A stretch of 64,000 nt of DNA from Chrysomallon squamiferum (lineage: Eukaryota > Animalia > Mollusca). The notes under the pieces were generated by a model. The model was not told the origin of the DNA. It did no database searches and saw nothing but the letters and a program-made list of their open reading frames with translations. The DNA is taken from NCBI GenBank assembly GCA_012295275.1, contig CM022671.1:9734001-9798000 (forward strand), written 5' to 3'. Positions 29,530 through 41,770 of this stretch are shown here, one piece after another; the stretch's first letter is position 1, and each line of letters begins with the position of its first letter. The position numbers and the translations under genes were made by a program.

Positions 29530-29603
29530 TTAGGTTAGAGTTAGGATTAGGATTAGGGTTAGGTCTAGTGTTAGGTTAGGACAAGGGTAAGGGTTAGGTT
29601 TAG
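29530..29603 (+). repeat. Degenerate telomere-like (TTAGG/TTAGGG) tract
   Basis: TTAGGTTAGAGTTAGGATTAGGATTAGGGTTAGGTCTAGTGTTAGGTTAGGACAAGGGTAAGGGTTAGGTTTAG; a shorter inverted copy lies at 34458-34504. Confidence 0.8.
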
Positions 29604-29830
29604 CCTGTTTATTTATTTATGTATTACTTTTATTGTTCTTTGTTTTAAAATGAATTTATTTATTATCAATAGCAGCAATAACTTTGTGAAAAGTTCATCC
29701 ATTTCATTTTATTTTAAGTTTTTCTTCAGGTTGTTAAGAGATACAATGTTGTCAAAGGTGATGACTTTCCAACATCTGATAACAGTGACAACAGACCCTC
29801 CTTCCCAGATAGGAAAAAAATATTAATATT

Positions 29831-30030
29831 NNNNNNNNNNNNNNNNNNNNNNNNNNNNNNNNNNNNNNNNNNNNNNNNNNNNNNNNNNNNNNNNNNNNNN
29901 NNNNNNNNNNNNNNNNNNNNNNNNNNNNNNNNNNNNNNNNNNNNNNNNNNNNNNNNNNNNNNNNNNNNNNNNNNNNNNNNNNNNNNNNNNNNNNNNNNNN
30001 NNNNNNNNNNNNNNNNNNNNNNNNNNNNNN
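29831..30030. other. Assembly gap (200 N)
   Basis: Run of exactly 200 N, likely a fixed-size scaffold join. Confidence 0.99.
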
Positions 30031-30869
30031 CCACCAGCACAAACTTTGGATCCACCATTTCAGAGGATTTTTCTTGACCAGCTTGGAAGACCTTTCAGGT
30101 AACTCAGATACAAGACAGATCAGTAGATTTTATACTTATGTGGTTTGCTTGAAATTTTAAAATGTTTTTATTTATATTTTTGTGTGGAGAGAGGAAGAAT
30201 AATATACATAAATTAGCTGATGAACTGAATGATATTCACAGATAATGTTTATTTTTTATGACTTTATGCAGCTGTCATTTAACGTTATAAATTTTTATTG
30301 TTTTTTTCTTAAATATAACAATAAGATCTGTAGGTATAAAGGACTTTTCTGTGATTTTAATTAATTATATCAACCCATTTTAAAATGTTAGCAGTTAAAT
30401 ATTTGTAATTAATTGGAATTCTCTTGATCTTTTGGGACTAAAAGATTATTATTGCAGATAAATTTAATGTTGTAGCCAGATTATTAACTTCTTTTCTTAA
30501 TCGTCTAAAATTAGATGTCTAGAATCAATTCTAAGTGTTCCAAAAACATAATGTAGCTTGTAATCAAAATGACTGAATTCACATACCTAGTGCAGAATGA
30601 CATTACCATTTCGTTATTAGAACTGAAAAGCATTGGTATATATTAATAAACTAATAAATGACAGAATATATCAATTAGTTATTTAACTAAAATGCCTGAC
30701 ATTTTTTATATGATTCAATTTCAAGTCTGTGTCAGATTTTGTATTATTTTTAAAGACTTGGACAAAGACAGAGTTCGTCAGATCTCACTCTCTCCCTTAC
30801 AGTACAAGGCAGGTCAGTCTGCAGATTCAGAAGAGTATTCACAATTTTATGGATTTCAGCTCTGAGAAG
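30031..30869 (+). pseudogene. Two probable decayed exons (30031-30098, ~30756-30869)
   Basis: ..CCTTTCAG|gtaact donor; tttaaag|ACTTGGACAAAGAC.. (DLDKDRVRQISLSPLQYKAGQSADSEEYSQFYGFQL*). Family not recognised. Confidence 0.35.
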
Positions 30870-31191
30870 TATTAGTATGGTGTTGGTATTATTATTATTA
30901 TTATTACATTTTCATGTTATGTTGTATCATAAAGAAATATTTTCAGTTATTTTTATGAATTTAGATATAAAAGAAAATGTAGTTTTTTTAAAGTTGACCA
31001 AAATGTAAAATTTGTAATTATACTTTTTCATAGACCTGTATTTTTGTTTAAATTATTTGTTATTTATTATTAAAATCTATTACAATAAGAGACAGATGAT
31101 GTTTATTTATAATAAGTTCTTTCTAACATTACAGACAATTAAACACAATGGAAAAATAGTTATTATTTCTATTAAATTTTATTATCTACAG

Positions 31192-31587
31192 GAAAGACAT
31201 GATTCTGGAATCAGCTTCAGTTATAAAAACATGGAGAAGAATATAAAGGTTACTTCAAACAGCTGAGAAATCTACTGATATAGACCAATATGGATTTTTC
31301 TTTACAAAGCAGTTTCCAGACAGAGATGTTGTTGACAATATACGTCAGTGCTGATTGGTTGTTCTCCAATAGTTAACAGTGGATGATTCTTCGTTTTATC
31401 AGGAAGACAATAAAACAACTTCCACTATAATGACTAAGGGCACTGCAAAAGCTCTATGCAGTTCTACATTACAAATTAGTGCAGAAGAAATGAAAAGATG
31501 TGGAGCAATGTTATTTACAGATAGACAACAGGCAGGTTCCAGCTTAATGCTGTTTTCATAAAGAATATTAGCAAATTTAGAGCAGCT
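31192..31587 (+). pseudogene. 'KDMI' exon, older diverged copy (in duplicate 30945-31870, homologous to 23370-24270 inverted)
   Basis: Single frame KDMILESASVIKTWRRI*RLLQTAEKSTDIDQYGFFFTKQFPDRDVVDNIRQC*LVVLQ*LTVDDSSFYQEDNKTTSTIMTKGTAKALCSSTLQISAEEMKRCGAMLFTDRQQAGSSLMLFS*; same acceptor as the other copies. Confidence 0.65.
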
Positions 31588-32114
31588 GTAAGTGATTTAA
31601 AGGAATGGAGAGATGATTGACAGAGATATGAGACTGACTGTCTGATGGGAGGTTAACAGGTAAATAGATAAACAGGAAGATATAGAAAGAATGAAAGAGA
31701 TATTGATAGACTAATAGACAGTTAGATCAGTAGAAGTTAACAAATGAATTCATTTATGTAGATGAATTTAGGCAGATAGCCAAACATGACAATGTCTGTC
31801 TATCTATTCTTTGTATTCTTCTTTCTGTCATGTATGTGTGTTTGCCAAACTGAGAGTGTAGACATACAGATATATACATAAATCAGACAGGTTGTAATGC
31901 AGGCAGAGTTAGTTATGTATGTAGATAGTTTGACAGGGAATTAGATATATGATTGATGGATGGTTATTGATTTATTGTAATGTGGGTAGGTAGATAAACT
32001 GATAGGTCTGTAGGTCAGTAGTTGAGTAGGTTGATATGTAGATATATGTAGATAGTTATGTAGCAGACAGAGAGATATGTGTAGGAAAGTATGGATGGTA
32101 ATGTGGAAGACTGA

Positions 32115-32146
<32 letters not shown>

Positions 32147-32151
<5 letters not shown>

Positions 32152-32441
32152 GGTATGCATAAGTTGGAGCAGGGAATAATATATCGAAGTTCTGTTGAAA
32201 GGCTCATGTACAGCATGAACGAAGCTGACAGACTACAAAGAAACTGGCCACAGAGAAATTTACAAACTTGAAATATGTCAGTTTAAGAAAAGCAAAACTC
32301 TACTCTAGTACTTTTGGACAATTGCCTTTGTTGATGTCACTGACTCAGCTAGCTACCATTAATTTAGATGGGTTGAGAATGGCTGGTACAGATACAGTAA
32401 AAGCCATTTCTGATCAGTAGTAGCCATTTGATTCAATAAAG
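32147..32441 (+). pseudogene. Decayed exon with possible leucine-rich-repeat-like segment
   Basis: acacag|GTGTAGG..ATAAAG|gtaacc. After a frameshift it reads KFTNLKYVSLRKAKLYSSTFGQLPLLMSLTQLATINLDGLRM (LxxLxL-like spacing twice). Confidence 0.45.
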
Positions 32442-32611
32442 GTAACCGTTACCGATTTTAATTTTGTAAATGTTTTTTAATAATTACATATATATCTATA
32501 TAAATAGATAGATAGATAGATCTACATCTCTCTTACTCTGTCTCTGATTCTCTTTCTGCCTTTTATAATTAATTTTGTAATTTTAGCTTTACATATATTT
32601 ATATTCCTGAG

Positions 32612-33237
32612 AGTGAGTGAGTGTGTGTGTATCAGCAATAGTGTTAATTGCTACTACTCAGATACTTGTGTGTGTGTGTATGTCAGCAATAGTGATAATT
32701 GCTGCTCTGATAATTGTGTGTGTTTGTGAGTGCTTGTGAGTGTATCAGCAATAGTGATAATTGCTACTCAGATAATAGTGTGTGTGTGTATATCAGCAAT
32801 AGTGATACTTGCTACTCAGATAAAGGTGTGTGTGTATCAGCAATAGTGATAATTGCTACTCAGATAATAAATAGTGTGTGTGTGTTTGTATGTGTATCAG
32901 CAATAGTGATAATAGCTACTGCTCAGACTATAGTGTGTGTGTGTGTATATATCAGCAATAGTACTGAGATTATAATGTGTGTATGTCTGTGTGAATGTAT
33001 GAGCAATAGTGATAATTGCTACTCAGATAATAGTGTATGTGTGTATCAGCAATAGTGATAATTGCTACTCAGATAATACTGTGTGTGTGTTTGTATGTGT
33101 ATCAGCAATAGTGATAATAGCTACTGCTCAGATTATAGTGTGTGTGTGTGTGTGTATATCAGCAATAGTACTGAGATTATAATGTGTGTATGTGTGTGTG
33201 AATGTATCAGCAATAGTGATAATTGCTACTCAGATAA

Positions 33238-33290
<53 letters not shown>

Positions 33291-34230
33291 TGATAGTACT
33301 CAGATAATAGTGTGTATGTGTGAGTATGGTGTCGTCCCATCTTGTTGAATCCCCATTTTGTAAAAAATTAATACAGAAATAACAACCTGACCCTACCTCG
33401 CTGCTGAATGGGTTAATCCAATGCGGACGAGAGACAAAATCACGCCCAAGCAACAGATCTACAATGATGAGATTGCCCACCAAGACGACAACAATGTTCC
33501 TGCCTTGCCTACCTTCCACAGTGTGAAGAGCACCTTGTACCGTCATCATAAAACCACCATCCCTGTCCTCCCAGCCTTGACAGGACATTCTCCTCTTGCC
33601 CTGGTTTGTGGAACCAGTTTTACATTGTGCATGGATTCTTTGGTTCCCTCTTGTGTTTGCATTGTTGCTGGGTTCTATTCAAGGCTCAACAGAGCTCTAC
33701 CCCATCAGCACCCCAACATCTACAAGTTTGTAGACCTCATCCAAGGAATCGAGAAGGCATAGCAGGCCAAAAGGATTCAGATCCAGTTTGGAGGTGCTGG
33801 GACATCTCAAGAGACAGTTGTAGGCTGGAGCCAAGACACTTCTCCAGTACCTCGATGCAGTTGGACACCTCATGAAACTTAAACTTCGTGTATCTGAGCA
33901 CAGTATCCCTGAATATAGTGCTTGAACTTTGAATAATACTATCTCTCAGTATAGAGCTTGAATATTAAATACACAAATACACAAATTCAACTTGTTTTGT
34001 TATTCCTCTGTGGCCAGTAAATGGGATTCAACAGGATGGGATGACACTCAACCCTGTAGCCTAGTCCATTGTTTTATTTGAGGTACCGTGAATGGGATTA
34101 GTGATTTATTTATGACTTCGATAAGATGGGATAGAACCGTGTGTGTGTGTGAGTGAGTGTATGTGTATCAGCAATAGTGGTAATTGCTACTACTCAGATA
34201 GTAGTGTGCATGTAGTGTGTGTGTGTGTGT
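32612..34230. repeat. Minisatellite (ATCAGCAATAGTGATAATTGCTACTCAGATAATAG + GT run), interrupted by a MULE
   Basis: About 14 units before 33327 and one more after 34138. Confidence 0.93.
33328..34138 (+). mobile_element. Internally deleted Mutator-like (MULE) DNA transposon with terminal inverted repeats
   Basis: Left end GGTGTCGTCCCATCTTGTTGAATCCCCATTT matches the reverse complement of 34019-34047 (AAATGGGATTCAACAGGATGGGATGACAC) and, more weakly, 34118-34138 (TCGATAAGATGGGATAGAACC). Peptides QQIYNDEI..LPTFHSVKSTLYRHHKTTIPVLP (N-terminal) and WNQF..GFYSRLNRALPHQHPNIYKFVDLIQ (C-terminal) are typical of animal MULE transposases. The central DDE core is absent. Confidence 0.85.
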
Positions 34231-34434
34231 TAAGAAATATAATAAATTATTTTTATATTTGTCAGTAAAAAAATGCAAATTTTTATAAAATTAAATTAGA
34301 TTTTAATACAATTAAATTAGATTTTAATACAAAATAATTAGCACCAAAAACATCAGCAGCAATACGTAATGTGGTTGTGATAGCAGAAACTATGATGTAG
34401 TAATAGTTGCAAAAGCATCAGCAGTAGTAATAAA

Positions 34435-35315
34435 TAAATAAATAAATAAATAAATAGTCTAAACCTAAACCTTACCCTAGTCCTAACCCTAACTCTAACC
34501 TAAGCTAATCCAATGGTAAAAATAAGAAAAACAAAGGAATACTAAATAAAAGGGTTTATTATTGTTATTATTGTTGTTGTGTTGTTTTCTTTTTAAATTA
34601 TTTATATAAATTAAATTAATTTTAAGTCTCCCTCAAGAAGTCAGGGGAGAGAATTGAATCATCTTGTAGTTGTCTCCCTTCAGCTGCAGACAGCTTCCTG
34701 ATTAAACTGACTGGATTGGGACGACATCCTGGTAAACAGTTTGAGTTATTTTTTATTTTACCATTTATATGGTTCATATTTATTGAAATTTGTAATTTCA
34801 TTTATTTATTTATTTATCTTCCTCTAGGAATGCTGGGTAATTTGATGCGCTGTCCAGCCATTCTCGCAGATAAAGGAAACGGTCAACTTCTGACTGTAGC
34901 CATGTTGAAAGGTCATGGTGAGTGATTATATAGTATGTAGTAGTGCGGTAATAACAGTTCACAGCTATCTGTTTATCTTTCTATGTTATTTATCTGTAAT
35001 AATAAACATCATATTCTCTAGGTATCTATCTGTAATAATAAACAAGACATTCTCTATGTATCTATCTGTAATAATAAACATCACATTCTCTATGTATCTA
35101 ATTGTAATAATAAACAAGACATTCTCTATGTATCTATCTGTAATAATAAACGTCACATTCTTCTTATTTATGAATATTTTTATCTTGTTGTCTTTCCCAC
35201 TTGATAATTCAGTATGTTCATCTCTCTCACTCTCTCTCTGTTATAATACTGTAGAAGAGAAGAGAAAGCGATGAAAGTATATCGAATTTCTAGACTCCAA
35301 GGAGTGTATTCTGAC
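34435..35315 (+). pseudogene. Inverted partial duplicate of 28780-29620, with the first two exons of the RRM-gene fragment (34627-34731, 34828-34917)
   Basis: KSGERIESSCSCLPSAADSFLIKLTGLGRHPG|MLGNLMRCPAILADKGNGQLLTVAMLKGH. 27-bp in-frame deletion relative to the left copy; RRM exons absent. Confidence 0.85.
34985..35165. repeat. 36-bp minisatellite, ~5 copies (TATCTATCTGTAATAATAAACAAGACATTCTCTATG)
   Basis: 12-aa periodicity YLSVIINxTFSM in ORF 34915-35274. Confidence 0.9.
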
Positions 35316-35435
35316 TGTTGATGAATGGAATAGTATCACTGGGGCCAAGAAAGATGGAGAAGTACCTATGTGGCTTCAGGTAATAAACAAATTATATGTA
35401 AGTGTTGTATTGTGTGTATGAAGATTTTGGTTTTT

Positions 35436-35490
<55 letters not shown>

Positions 35491-35699
35491 CATACATGTG
35501 CATGTGTAATTTTTGAATAAATAGTTTTAAAAAGTTATTATTATAACTCTATTATTTTTATTAACTTTATTTTCTTTACAAATACATACACAGATTCTAT
35601 TATAAGAAACAAACACATACACAGATCTACAAATGTATTTTGTTTTAATAAAAATCTATGTATTTATAAATAAAAGAACAAGAATATAAAGTTAACAAA

Positions 35700-36690
35700 A
35701 GAATGTAGTTTCTGATGTGTGAAAGGGTTGATCAGGGCCTAGATCCTTGATGAGACGTTTGTTACTGAGAGTAGATTTTAACACAGTATTTTAGTATGTG
35801 TAGGTTTTTGTCTGTATTTCAAGTGTTGGTGTATGTTTTATTCTAACAAGAGACTGTCAGGCTGTGTGATGCTTGGTAAAAGTTTTTACAAGATGTGATT
35901 ATTTTCTGTATGTGGCATCCAAAGTTGGCTGATTTTCTTTGTTATTAAACGGTTATTTATTTTTTTTTTTTTTTTTTTACTTTGTTAGAGAGGAGGCATG
36001 CTGTCTAAGTGAAATCTTTATATCTCAGTTTTAAGCCAGTCATTCAAGTTGTTTAGGTATGTTTGTATTTGGTTGTTTCAGATCTGCCTGCACACCAGAA
36101 ATCTATGAAAACTGTAATTACTTTGTTTGATTTAGTGCAGTGTTTTGTTATTTATTTATTAAATTGTTGTTGTTTACGTGTTTGTTTAGGTGTGTGTCAA
36201 GGGTTTTACAAATATGATATTAGTGTAACTGGTCTCCAGTTGATTGGTAGTGAAGTATCATTACTAACGTTTTTGACTATTTGTATTTTTCAAGTGTGGA
36301 CTGATTTTATTTTTAGATTTTGTTTTTGATTTTATGTTGTCTTCTGTATTTATTTATTTCCAATAAGCTTAGTCCACCACTCAGTGGATATTTTGATAGT
36401 GCAGTTTTTGGTTTTAGGTTTGTGTTTAGAGACAGATGAGTCTATCATGTTGGTAAGTGAAGTGCAATGTATGTCAGTTTCGTTTGTGATTTTTACTTTA
36501 ATATTTTTTAATGCTTTATAGAATCCTTCCCAGTCTGCTTTGGTGAAATTTCATTTAGATGTAAATATTGAGTTGTTGGAGAAGGTTTTCTAGTTATAGT
36601 AATTTGTGAGTATAGGGTGGTGGTCACAATTCAACTCATGTAGAACTTCTCATAGACTCAGTGCTGCAGTGTGTTTGCTGTTAGTGTTAA
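35700..36690 (-). mobile_element. Heavily decayed non-LTR retrotransposon (APE endonuclease + RT; Jockey/I-group-like) relic
   Basis: Minus-strand motif remnants in the expected order: EVLHELNCDHHPIL (SDH motif), NFTKADWEGF, EWWT, DTSLPINWRPVTLISYL (NYRPISL), AGRS. Many deletions. Confidence 0.72.
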
Positions 36691-37525
36691 ATCAGTGGTG
36701 AACTGGACACACTGGTGAAGGTGAATGTAACATCATTAAGACAAACAAGAATGGAAAGACCTGTGTTAGGTGTTTATCATGTGAGAGATATATGTTGTGT
36801 TTGAAACCTTATAATTGTTTTATTAAAAAATAAATAAATAAAAAATAGATGATCTGAAAATGATCTATGAAGAGATCTGTGTTTCCTTTCATGAACTTTT
36901 TTCCTAAATACAGTTCAGTTCAGTTATTAATGGAATAAGATTTAAAATATTTAATCACATGTCTCTTTAAAAACACATTCCCTCCTTCCATCATAATGCA
37001 AAATCAAAAACATATCATATATATGTTGTTAAATAAAACATCAATTCCTTCTTTTTCTTATTAACATATATTACATATTATGCTTATTACAATCAATAAG
37101 TACTATTATAATGTGTTTTTGTTATCATTGCTAATACTACTACTACTGATGCTGCTGCTGTTACTACTACTTTATTATTGTTGTTGTTAATTATTATAAT
37201 TATTATTATTATTATTTAATTTATTTTCATCATTATCATTATTATACATTATAATTATACAGACAAAGAGAGGTAGGTGAATGTAGACGTAGCTGTACAG
37301 ACAGACAGAAACAATATAAAATAGTTTTAAAATTTAAATGAAATAATGACAGAAGAATTTTATTTTTATATATAAATATGTTGATTGGAGTTTTGTTTGA
37401 TTACATGGGACTATGTACAAGTATATTTTAATTATCACAATATTCATTGAAATAACTAATTTACATAATAATAGAATGGTTTTGGTGTGTGTGTGTTTGT
37501 GGGGGTGTGATTGTGTGTCTGTGTG

Positions 37526-37528
<3 letters not shown>

Positions 37529-37613
<85 letters not shown>
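37529..37613. repeat. (AG)n microsatellite
   Basis: Pure AG run. Confidence 0.97.
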
Positions 37614-37617
<4 letters not shown>

Positions 37618-37830
37618 GCAGGTGTATACATAGAAGACAGACAGCCAGATAGATTGATACATTGATACTCGGAGAGCAGGTTGACAAAGACATACACATA
37701 CACACAACATACTCAAATACATTGACAGCAGCATATACATGTAGATATAGAGATGAATACACTGATAGATAGATAAACAGAACTGACAATGAGATGGGTA
37801 CAGGATAGTGTGCTTTGTTATGTTGAGACA

Positions 37831-37971
37831 GAAAGGATGACAGTAAGATGTACAAATGTATAACTGCAGAGATTCTCATGTAGACAAGCAGGTTTATAGA
37901 AAGGATGACAGTAACATGTACAAATGTATAACTGTAGAGATTCTCATGTAGACAAGCAGGTTTATAGAAAG
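37831..37971. repeat. 68-bp tandem duplication
   Basis: GAAAGGATGACAGTAA..GCAGGTTTATA starts at 37831 and 37899. Confidence 0.92.
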
Positions 37972-39844
37972 AGATTTTTACTGGACTTTTGAAACCAGAT
38001 TTAAAAAATTAATTTAAAAATGACAGTAAATTTACGAATAAATGATGCTGCATGGATACTGAAATATTTTTAATATTTTGATATATAGAATTGTAAAAAG
38101 AAATTACCTTGAAAGACTGGGTATATTGAAACATCTTTAGTATTCTTAGCTTTTAGGAATTATTTTACTATTAATATGTCATTGATAATCCAAACAAACA
38201 GCTTTCTATCCACTGCTCTATCCCTATGTTCATTCATAATAATGTTATATCCAAAATGTCCTTATTGTGTCTCTCTACCAATCAATTTACTTGGCTACCA
38301 GTATGTCTGTCTATCTATCTATCTATGTATCTATCTATCTATAAAACACAGATATACCAACATAAGCACTCTAATCCACTTACTCAAGTACAAAAACCCA
38401 TCCTCGCTCTCTAACACATGAACTTGCTAACACTTTCTTCCTCATAAACATATGCCTATCAGCTTAGCTCTCTATATATCTCTGTATCTGTCTGTATGCC
38501 TCTTATCTTATGTCTTCCTCTCTGTCAGTCTATCTCACTAATTATATACCCTTCTCATTATAAACATCTCTCTGTATGTCTGTATCTATGTTTATCAAAC
38601 TTCCAGTCTATCTTTTCATCTTTCTCTCAAAAATACATACACACTCTTACACACACATTATACATATACACCCATTTTCTCTCAATAATAAGAAAACATA
38701 TTAACACACATACATACATACATATCATATGTAACACTTAGCTAGATGAATGTGACAGTGTAGGAGGGAGACAGGCAAATGCAGATGGTCAAGGAAGGAT
38801 GAAGTTGTCTTTGTTCTCCCTGTATTGGTCAGTTGTATTTGACAATATGTTAAGTTTTGACTAATTTACATCACTGTTAGTGTATATTAACAGACAGTCA
38901 CATTTTGATGGATTGTTCTCATTTACAATCATCTAAACATCTTTACACTTTACATCTTATTGAAACATAGAATATTTATTTGTCAAAATAGATTATTTTT
39001 CTGTTCTTATTATCAATAGATTATTTTTCTGTTCTTATTATCATTATAACATAATTTATTTTATGTTTTTTTAATCTTTTCTATTTACTATTTACATTTT
39101 TTTGATATTGTCATTTTATTTTAAAGAGTAATTAGTGGTATTCAGAGGTTGTTAAATGTACAAATAGTGAGAGTGAGTATGTGAGATACTGATTTGTCTT
39201 CACAGACATCTTATAAAGTACACACAAACACACTCTATGGTGTCACACAGTTAGAACAAAATGTTTTATATATCAATATATCATCCTGTAATTAACCACA
39301 TTTCTGCCCATCCAACTACATGTGCTTCTATTCATTTATTCTTTCATTCATCCAGAATTTATAACATCCAGTGATTTATTCTATTTGGATATTATGTGAA
39401 TGTATCATCCCTTCCATGATGTATAATCGCATATTTACTATTGCTGTAATACACATGGACATACATGTGCTCATATCCAGACAAATATACGTGTGCTTAT
39501 ATGCAGAAAAAATATACAAACACACATAAACAGTCATGTTTTAAACTAATCACATATTCATATAGACAGCCATATACTCGCCAACAATAACTTGTATATA
39601 CACATAATATGCAAACAGACTAACACACACACACACACACACATACACACTGTAGTTGACATATATCATTCAAAGACACTCTATGTATCTGTTCTTTCTG
39701 ATTAACATACCATCTCTTTCCATGTCTCTTTAAATTCCTGCCTTTTACAGTCAATTTTGGTATTACTTGCATACTACTGCTTTAGAGCCACGATGTAACT
39801 TTGTTATCTTAAGACTGAAACCAGTTATACCCTTTTATATAAAT

Positions 39845-40181
39845 ATAGTCTAATAAAAAAGAAACGCAAAAGTAGATTTTATTGACATTGGGAATATCTA
39901 TCTAATGGATCAACAGAAAGCAGCATTATACACACACTTTCGCAATTCATTAATATTGATGGTATTACATTGAAAAGGTTAAAGTTCAAGCTTATAACAT
40001 CAATATAATATCTAAACCGTGTGTGCCCACCATGGGAGTCGAGAACTGCCTGACATCTCCTTCCCATGGCAGTAATGACATTACGAATTACACCTTGTGG
40101 AATGGTGGCCCACTATGTCTGTAGTAATAATGCCAGCTGAGCACGATTCTGTGGCTGTAGTTTATCTGCCTCAGTTGTCTG
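39845..40181 (-). mobile_element. 3' end of a Tc1-like transposon (transposase C-terminus + probable right TIR)
   Basis: RQLRQ../PQNRAQLALLLQT*WATIPQGVIRNVITAMGRRCQAVLDSHGGHTR is the canonical Tc1 C-terminus. TIR-like TATAGTCTAATAAAAAAGAAACGCAA at ~39844. Confidence 0.85.
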
Positions 40182-40299
40182 AGTATATATATGTGTGTGC
40201 AAACATACAGAAATATAGGGAGATTTGAAGGAGATATGTGGGTCTGTAGACAAGAAGATGTTTAAATGACTGATAGATGTTATTGATATAAAATGCTAG

Positions 40300-40400
40300 G
40301 TAGGTTAATTATGTAGATAGACTAAGAAATTGTGTACATAGATATACATATAGATAGTTGACAACTGCATGCATATGCATCGAAAGTGCATATATGTGAA

Positions 40401-40453
<53 letters not shown>

Positions 40454-41390
40454 CCAGTGATTGATAAGGATCGCTAAATATGGGAAATGTGAATGAGAGT
40501 TATAAATGGACAGTAACACAGAAAGATAGATATAAAAAGTAGTTATAATAATTTAGGGAGATAGGAAGATGAATAGGTGATTCATGGATGGTTATTGATG
40601 GATTGTAATATTGATGGATAGAGAAATATATATATGTAGGGAGGCATTTACTTAGAGTTCAATGGATGGATAAATAGATAGATAGAAAGCAAATATGATG
40701 GTAAAAAGTGGATATGATTATGTATATGTACATAGATAAATACACACAGAGACAGACAGCAGACGGAGAGGATTGGATCCATGTTTGGATCGAGTTGGTG
40801 ACGAACTGATAACTTAAAGGTAGATATCCAGAGATAAATACATAGGTTATATAGACAGATGAACAGAGATAATACAGATAGATTATATATATATATATAT
40901 AGATAGATAGATAAATATATAGAAATAAATAGATAGATTATATAGACAGACATATAGAAATATATACAGATAGATTATGTAGATAGATATACAGAGATAA
41001 ATACAGATAGATTATATAGATACATATACAGAGATAAATACAGATAGATAATAAAGATAGATAAAAAGAGATAAATACAGAAAGATGTAACTATTTATAT
41101 ATTCACACACAGAAATAACGTGTATAGGAATGATAATGTATTTGTGTGTTTAAAGATGATTAGCATGTATATGTACCTACATATATGTATGTGTGTGTGC
41201 CAGTGTATAAAAGGGTGGATAGAGAGGTAAATTGATAGACAGAAGAAAGCTAGATAGTTTACTAGAAAGATAGATAGATGCAAGGAGGTGTATATACTGC
41301 ACAACTGTAAGAAAGACTGAGTCTGTTGCTTATATATATGGGATAAATAGATAAAAAGAATGTATTTAAATAATTAAATACGATACAAAT

Positions 41391-41441
<51 letters not shown>

Positions 41442-41770
41442 AAGATAGACTGTGCTATTTGTAACCGAGAGAGTAACATTGATTGATGAAGAGATAGTTA
41501 GACGTATTGATTGCTTGACAAATAGATTGATAGGTTAAGTAGACAGTAATTAGTTACATATATATATATATAGATATATACAGATTAACATAGATAAATT
41601 AATGTGTATGTGTCTTTCTGTATGTATAAATGTGTTAGAGAGAATGGGTATATAAACGTGTGAAAGTGTGATTTTTGTGGATTTTTCAGAAAGTCAAATA
41701 ATTGATAGACAGAGGATAGATAAAATATTAAAAAATAAATGAATAGTGAATAGGTTTATGTATGTATATG
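40300..41770 (+). repeat. Diverged inverted duplicate of ~21810-23380 (direct repeat with 58100-58780 over its first ~600 bp)
   Basis: Shared blocks such as GGATTGGATCCRTGTTTGGATCRAGTTGGTGAC and TGTGTTAGAGAGAATGGGTATATAAA. Confidence 0.85.

Noticed and set aside
29726-30058. ORFs spanning poly-X
   Set aside because: They run through the assembly gap.
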